The notes under the pieces: model-generated
Database searches by the model: none
Told to the model about the DNA's origin: nothing
What the model saw: the letters and a program-made list of their open reading frames with translations, nothing else
Position numbers and translations under genes: made by a program
In this document: positions 47,840-52,039 of the stretch, piece after piece
Layout of the letters: every line of letters starts with the position of its first letter
How positions within the stretch are numbered: the stretch's first letter is position 1
From: a bacterium
GTDB lineage: Bacteria; Patescibacteriota; Minisyncoccia; Phycocordibacterales; CAIZLB01
Assembly (NCBI GenBank): GCA_037142735.1
Contig: JBAXAB010000004.1
Location: 1 to 52,039, forward strand
Reading direction: 5' to 3'
Length of the DNA: 52,039 nt

Positions 47840-49258
47840 TTAGATAATCTCTACTGACATAAGGTTTGTCTCGCTTGTCCTGTTAAATGGCACGCCACTT
47901 AAGACTACAATTTCATCACCTTTTTTCACAATCTTCATCTTTTGAAGAATTGGCTTCATCATTTTAAGACCTTCTTCGAAAGTCTTCACGCGAGGAACTA
48001 GAACTGGGTAACACGCATACAACGCACATACTTGATTGTAAGTTGTTTGATTTGGAGTCATCACAATAATTGGATGAGCTGGGTGGTGACGAGACACGAA
48101 TCGTGCAGCGTGACCAAAATCAGTCAGGGCAACGATAGCAGTCGCTTCTATTCGGTCGGCAGTTTTTGCAGCAGCAGAGGCAATCGCTTCGCTCACGTTC
48201 TCGTGATCACCTCGATCACCTGTCACCATGAATTTGTGATATGGATCGTTTTCCACCTTTAAAGCAACTCGTGTAATCATTTCAACAGCAGCAATTGGGA
48301 ATTTTCCAAGAGTCGTCTCTTCTGACAACATGATAGCGTCCGCGCCATCAAGCATACCGTTTGCAATATCTGATACTTCGGCTCGTGTTGGCACCGGGCT
48401 TGAAATCATTGATTCCAAAACCTGAGTGGCAAGGATTACTGGCTTTCCTGCGGCCTTACACTTTTCAATCATCATTTTCTGAACGATTGGAACATTTTCA
48501 TAACCGATTTCAACCGCAAGGTCTCCTCGTGCAACCATGATCATGTCTGACAATTCGATGATGTCATCGATGTGCTCAACTGCTTCCTGAGTTTCAATCT
48601 TAGAGCAAATTAATGCTTTTGATTTAGCCTTATTCAAAATATCTCGCAATTCTTTAACGTCATCTGGTGTTCGCACGAATGAGAAGGCAATAATATCCGC
48701 TTTATTCTTGATACCAAAAATAACATCTTTTTTGTCCTTGTCAGTAAGAGAGCTCACTTTTAAATATGCACCTGGTAAGTTCACACCTCTCTTTCCCTTT
48801 GTCTCACCTCCGACAATGATTTTACATTTAATGTCAGTGCCCTTGATTTCCACTACTTCGAATTTCTTTTTACCATCATCAACCATGATCATGTTTCCTA
48901 CTTTTAATTCCTTGTGAAGAGTTGGGTAGTTTATTGAAACTCTTTTCTCATCACCAACAATATTGTCCGGAGTAAGTGTAATAAAGTCCCCTGCCTTTAG
49001 ATTTACTCGTTCCTGATAGAATGCACCGATTCGGAATTTTGGTCCTGATAAGTCCTGTAAAATCGCTGCAGGAATTCCAGTTTTCTTCATAGCCTTTTTC
49101 AAGTTATCAAACTTGTGCTGGTGTTCTGCGAAATCTCCATGAGAGAAGTTCATTCTCATTACGTTCATACCGGCTTTTAACATTTTTTCTAACTGTTCTT
49201 GTGATTCTGTTGCCGGACCGATAGTTGCTACGATTTTTGTTTTCTTACCTATGTGCAT
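47840..49258 (-). CDS. pyk: Pyruvate kinase
   Basis: KTKIVATIGPA, RMNFSHG, DLSGPK, KIET, MVARGDL, ATQVLESM, DAIMLSEET. Confidence 0.98.
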   Translation of the reverse strand: MHIGKKTKIVATIGPATESQEQLEKMLKAGMNVMRMNFSHGDFAEHQHKFDNLKKAMKKTGIPAAILQDLSGPKFRIGAFYQERVNLKAGDFITLTPDNIVGDEKRVSINYPTLHKELKVGNMIMVDDGKKKFEVVEIKGTDIKCKIIVGGETKGKRGVNLPGAYLKVSSLTDKDKKDVIFGIKNKADIIAFSFVRTPDDVKELRDILNKAKSKALICSKIETQEAVEHIDDIIELSDMIMVARGDLAVEIGYENVPIVQKMMIEKCKAAGKPVILATQVLESMISSPVPTRAEVSDIANGMLDGADAIMLSEETTLGKFPIAAVEMITRVALKVENDPYHKFMVTGDRGDHENVSEAIASAAAKTADRIEATAIVALTDFGHAARFVSRHHPAHPIIVMTPNQTTYNQVCALYACYPVLVPRVKTFEEGLKMMKPILQKMKIVKKGDEIVVLSGVPFNRTSETNLMSVEII

Positions 49259-49341
49259 TGTATTCTGATGATTTATTTTATTAATATTATGCGAGAATCG
49301 AAATACCACCTGGATGACCAGGCAATTAAAATCGAACTGCG

Positions 49342-49414
49342 TGCGCGTGCCAAGATTCGAACTTGGGACCTAACGAGTATCAGTCGTTTGCTCTACCAAC
49401 TGAGCTACACGCGC
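49342..49414 (-). tRNA. tRNA-Ile(GAU), CCA not encoded
   Basis: GCGCGTG/CACGCGC acceptor, GCTC-AGTTGGTA-GAGC D arm, AACGA-CT GAT AC-TCGTT anticodon arm, CCAAG-TTCGAAT-CTTGG T arm, A73. Confidence 0.95.
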
Positions 49415-49482
49415 ACGCAATCAAATTTCGCCTATATAGAGTAACAAAATATGGCTGAAAATCAAGGGTAGTAGCCCGAAAT

Positions 49483-49510
49483 TTGACATTATTCCACCCC
49501 CACCTATAAT
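49483..49510 (+). promoter_or_regulatory. Consensus sigma70 promoter (sRNA unit 1)
   Basis: TTGACA-16-TATAAT, perfect hexamers; no ORF downstream. Confidence 0.8.
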
Positions 49511-49516
49511 TACCCC

Positions 49517-49569
49517 ATTACGGCCTTCGGGCTCCGAGATTGCCACCCTGCAGGGTGGCTTTCGTTTTT
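49517..49569 (+). ncRNA. Putative ~50-nt small RNA (unit 1)
   Basis: GCC-TTCG-GGC (cUUCGg) hairpin then GCCACCC-TGCA-GGGTGGC followed by TTTCGTTTTT. Confidence 0.6.
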
Positions 49570-49579
49570 ATATCAACAC

Positions 49580-49607
49580 TTGACTTGATATTCAGATTAA
49601 TTATAAT
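49580..49607 (+). promoter_or_regulatory. Near-consensus sigma70 promoter (sRNA unit 2)
   Basis: TTGACT-16-TATAAT. Confidence 0.72.
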
Positions 49608-49613
49608 TGTGCC

Positions 49614-49676
49614 AATAGAGGGGTTGCCTCTCTTGCTCGAAAGAGCCGATAGCCCCGAAAGGGGCTATTATATTTT
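49614..49676 (+). ncRNA. Putative ~60-nt small RNA (unit 2), ending over the toxin stop codon
   Basis: AGAGG/CCTCT, GCTC-GAAA-GAGC and ATAGCCCC-GAAA-GGGGCTAT hairpins, then T-rich tail. Confidence 0.55.
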
Positions 49677-50057
49677 GTACAAACCAAGAAGACAATCTAA
49701 TACTTTTGTATAATCTCTCTCCACTACACGTCCTATCTTTTTTGTTAACCTCCTCTTGTCAAAGTTTCGTATTTGAGAAACCAACGCAGTACCTAACTTA
49801 TAATTAAATCTTATTATACAGGAGTACTTTCCGTTTTTAAGTTTTGATGTGAGAGGAATCCCAATAAAACCTTCTCCAATTTCTGCGTTTATGATTAGGA
49901 CAGGTCTTGTGTAGTCATCTCCCTTTCCATATATTTCTGTTCCAACATTCATTCCAACGCTACACCACCAAACTTCTTTTTCTTTAGGGTGATTATATTT
50001 TTTATTTGAATCGATCGATATTTTCTTCTTATTCCACTTATCAAAATCTTTCTCCAT
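49668..50057 (-). CDS. PemK/MazF-family endoribonuclease toxin (orphan)
   Basis: EVWWCSVGMNVGTEIYGK..RPVLII, IPLTS, SQIRNFDKRRL..IG; start moved to MEKDFDKW. Confidence 0.88.
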   Translation of the reverse strand: MEKDFDKWNKKKISIDSNKKYNHPKEKEVWWCSVGMNVGTEIYGKGDDYTRPVLIINAEIGEGFIGIPLTSKLKNGKYSCIIRFNYKLGTALVSQIRNFDKRRLTKKIGRVVERDYTKVLDCLLGLYKI

Positions 50058-50104
50058 AATAACCGACCATACTAAAGTCACATTAAGAAAAAGTGAAGTA
50101 ATTA

Positions 50105-50386
50105 TCAAAAAAGCCAAGTAACCAAATTGGCGACAACTGACCCTCCTATCGCCAGCCACCAAGGGATTTTAAGGAGGTATTTATAGATAACTGACTCAAC
50201 GACAATAACCCCCACTTCTATGTGCCATAGAGGGTAATGATAGATTAAAAGCAACCTAGATCCTATTGGATGGGTAATCAAATTCACCGCCAAAATAGCA
50301 AAAGCTGCCCTCGGCCACTGTTTATAAAAAACAAAACCCAGAATAAAAAATTCAATAAGAATGGTGCGGAATAAGAGTATCGTCAT
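50105..50386 (-). CDS. Small polytopic membrane protein
   Basis: 93 aa, 3-4 hydrophobic segments with embedded E, N, H (TILIE, NLITHP, HIE..VVE); directly abuts the upstream gene. Confidence 0.7.
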   Translation of the reverse strand: MTILLFRTILIEFFILGFVFYKQWPRAAFAILAVNLITHPIGSRLLLIYHYPLWHIEVGVIVVESVIYKYLLKIPWWLAIGGSVVANLVTWLF

Positions 50387-51799
50387 CTATTTCTTTTTGC
50401 GACGGAGCCTAGTCGCTAATTCAATAATTATCAACCCCATAACAGCAAACCCGACAATGAAGTACCATAGACTTTCAGCGGTATAAACCGGTTCGCCATC
50501 TAGTGAAATAATTTGTGGACGACCAATTGGAGGAGGTGTCGGCACCGGTCCGCTTCCTCCATAATACACTTGCCCTTGAACAAGCATATTCTTTTCAGAA
50601 TCAGGTGCCTGATCAGCATTAATTCCTCTTTGATGTTCCATATTGTCATAATCCTTTGACCATTTTTTCTCATCAAGCATTACCGATAATTCATAAGGCA
50701 AGAAAGAAATATCTTTTGAAATCAAGTAATTTCTGCCACCAACCGTAGTTGTCGCTATACCATCCATTTCTAAATGAATTCCTAAATGCCTATCAGGACT
50801 TTGTGTAAGAGTTGAATTCAAATTATCAATCGTCTTGTTGTATTGGCTTACGCATCCAAAATCGTCTACTGTCAGCATGTTCATGTCTTTTTCGCTTCCA
50901 GACTTCAATTTGGCTATATATTCAGGATAGTATTGGAATATTCGTCTCGAGTAACCTGTCCCATTCCAGGACAATCCAACAATCCTTTCAGTGATCTTAT
51001 CAATGCTTGTTGAGGGACAAGTTTTAGCTAATGACGAATTCAACAGATCATCTGCTGGATAGTAGTAATCAATTTTTAAGAAAGTTGAAGACCCATTATT
51101 TAATTTATACGCAGATGTCACATACCGAACATTGTCATTATTTTTTTCTATAGGTTCAATATCCCTAATCGAATCATCTGGATCTGGAATACTTGTCAAC
51201 AAATACACAGTTGAAGTAATTCCATTATAACCCTGGCATCTCGACTGCCATTCTTTGCTCTTTATCGTGCTACATTGAGCGACCAAATTCGTGCGAACAT
51301 AAGAAGGAAAATTTAATCCTAGATAACCCTCTACTGGGTCAACCGCAACGTCAATATGAGAACCTACCAATTCTGTACTGTCAAAAAAATCAGTCGTCAG
51401 GATTTTAGCGTTAGGATCTAAATCATTCAGGTTGTCCTGCACTGTCTCTTTCTTTACCAAGAAAAATTCATATATAGCGGGATATGGACCCTTTTCGTGC
51501 AAAGCTATAAATTTGTTATAACTTTCGACCTCTCTTTCTTGTGATGCAAAACAATGCCCTACTGTAACCTTTTTCCAAGGAAGCCTGTATTGATTTTCCT
51601 GTGACTTGGTGTAGTCATAGTAAACTTCAAATCCTTTATCGTTTAGAGATTTTAACAATGTCGGATCAAATTCCGTACAACTTGCAGATGGATAAGTTAT
51701 TTTAAATTTTCCTGCTGGAGAAAAATCATCCGCACTTGCTGTTGGGACTAGAACAAACCAAGCCAGTAATAAAAAAAATCCTAAGAGTTTTATTTTCAT
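50387..51799 (-). CDS. Exported Cys-containing surface protein with C-terminal membrane anchor
   Basis: Signal peptide (..ASA|D), several Cys, PVPTPPP linker, C-terminal TM and RLRRKKK. Confidence 0.8.
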   Translation of the reverse strand: MKIKLLGFFLLLAWFVLVPTASADDFSPAGKFKITYPSASCTEFDPTLLKSLNDKGFEVYYDYTKSQENQYRLPWKKVTVGHCFASQEREVESYNKFIALHEKGPYPAIYEFFLVKKETVQDNLNDLDPNAKILTTDFFDSTELVGSHIDVAVDPVEGYLGLNFPSYVRTNLVAQCSTIKSKEWQSRCQGYNGITSTVYLLTSIPDPDDSIRDIEPIEKNNDNVRYVTSAYKLNNGSSTFLKIDYYYPADDLLNSSLAKTCPSTSIDKITERIVGLSWNGTGYSRRIFQYYPEYIAKLKSGSEKDMNMLTVDDFGCVSQYNKTIDNLNSTLTQSPDRHLGIHLEMDGIATTTVGGRNYLISKDISFLPYELSVMLDEKKWSKDYDNMEHQRGINADQAPDSEKNMLVQGQVYYGGSGPVPTPPPIGRPQIISLDGEPVYTAESLWYFIVGFAVMGLIIIELATRLRRKKK

Positions 51800-51832
51800 A
51801 TAGATGAATAATAACTCAGATTTTTATTTAAA

Positions 51833-51950
51833 ACAAAAAAACACACTATTTGTGCCTAGAAGGAGTTCAGCAGAAAACCCTCGAGCCACAAATAGTGTGT
51901 TCTTTATCTTTAAAACCTCAATAATGTATAGAATATGCAAACCTTGTAAA
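51833..51950 (-). ncRNA. Putative small RNA/attenuator: promoter, long stem-loop, U-tract
   Basis: 15-bp perfect inverted repeat 51840-51854/51887-51901 enclosing an inner hairpin; minus-strand U-tract; TTTACA-16-TACATT at 51950-51923. Confidence 0.45.
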
Positions 51951-52039
51951 ATATCTTGTAAAGTTAAAGTGAAACAATTTTTCCATTCGACCAACTATTT
52001 TGTTCTAGTTGGGGCTGGGCTTTGCCAACTGTCAGAATC

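Noticed and set aside
49483-49676. Mini CRISPR array or ToxI-like tandem repeat array
   Set aside because: No repeated unit of 20 nt or more and no cas genes; the two units share architecture, not sequence
50058-50162. Hydrophobic N-terminal extension making the toxin membrane-anchored
   Set aside because: Overlaps the upstream gene; the recognisable toxin sequence begins at MEKDFDKW (50057)
52007-52030. AGTTGG...CCAACT hairpin at the window end
   Set aside because: Short and context is truncated; cannot be interpreted
49342-52039. tRNA-anchored integrative element
   Set aside because: No integrase and no duplicated tRNA 3' end seen; the accessory genes lie on the tRNA's 5' side. It cannot be fully excluded beyond the window edge
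1-52039. Alternative genetic code 25 (UGA=Gly) as in Gracilibacteria/Absconditabacteria
   Set aside because: Conserved genes are full length under code 11 with no in-frame TGA, and TGA ends the ATPase ORF at 43397

Overview
A 52 kb chromosomal window from an AT-rich bacterium. Gene content, short proteins, near-leaderless promoters and standard code 11 suggest Patescibacteria/CPR, probably Parcubacteria (inference). The left third is mostly minus-strand housekeeping: prfA, rpmE, a coiled-coil lytic transglycosylase, rplY, a fba/pfkB/tkt/rpe/rpiB/gap sugar-phosphate cluster with a pilin, gatB, obg, MYG1, an AI-2E permease, an acyltransferase, a P-type ATPase, an epimerase and secA. The middle is a ~15.5 kb mostly plus-strand surface-glycan island divergent from a WaaL/PglL-type ligase-TPR gene. 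It holds a GtrABC-like cassette with a phosphodiesterase and two paralogous nucleotidyltransferases, Wzx, and GT2/GT47-like/GT-D/GT10/GT4-like/GT11 transferases. The right end has a VirD4-like ATPase, rsmI, radC, pgl, pyk, tRNA-Ile(GAU), an orphan PemK/MazF toxin and a membrane-anchored surface protein. Top candidates for undescribed biology: (i) two tiny promoter-plus-hairpin RNA units convergent on the antitoxin-less PemK/MazF gene; (ii) the phosphodiesterase/twin-nucleotidyltransferase glycosylation cassette; (iii) a GC-rich orphan gene with a boxA-like structured leader; (iv) a 29-aa Lys-rich protein missed by the ORF track; (v) further stand-alone structured RNAs. No CRISPR array, transposase, integrase or rRNA was seen. 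All family calls come from motif recognition by eye, not database searches.
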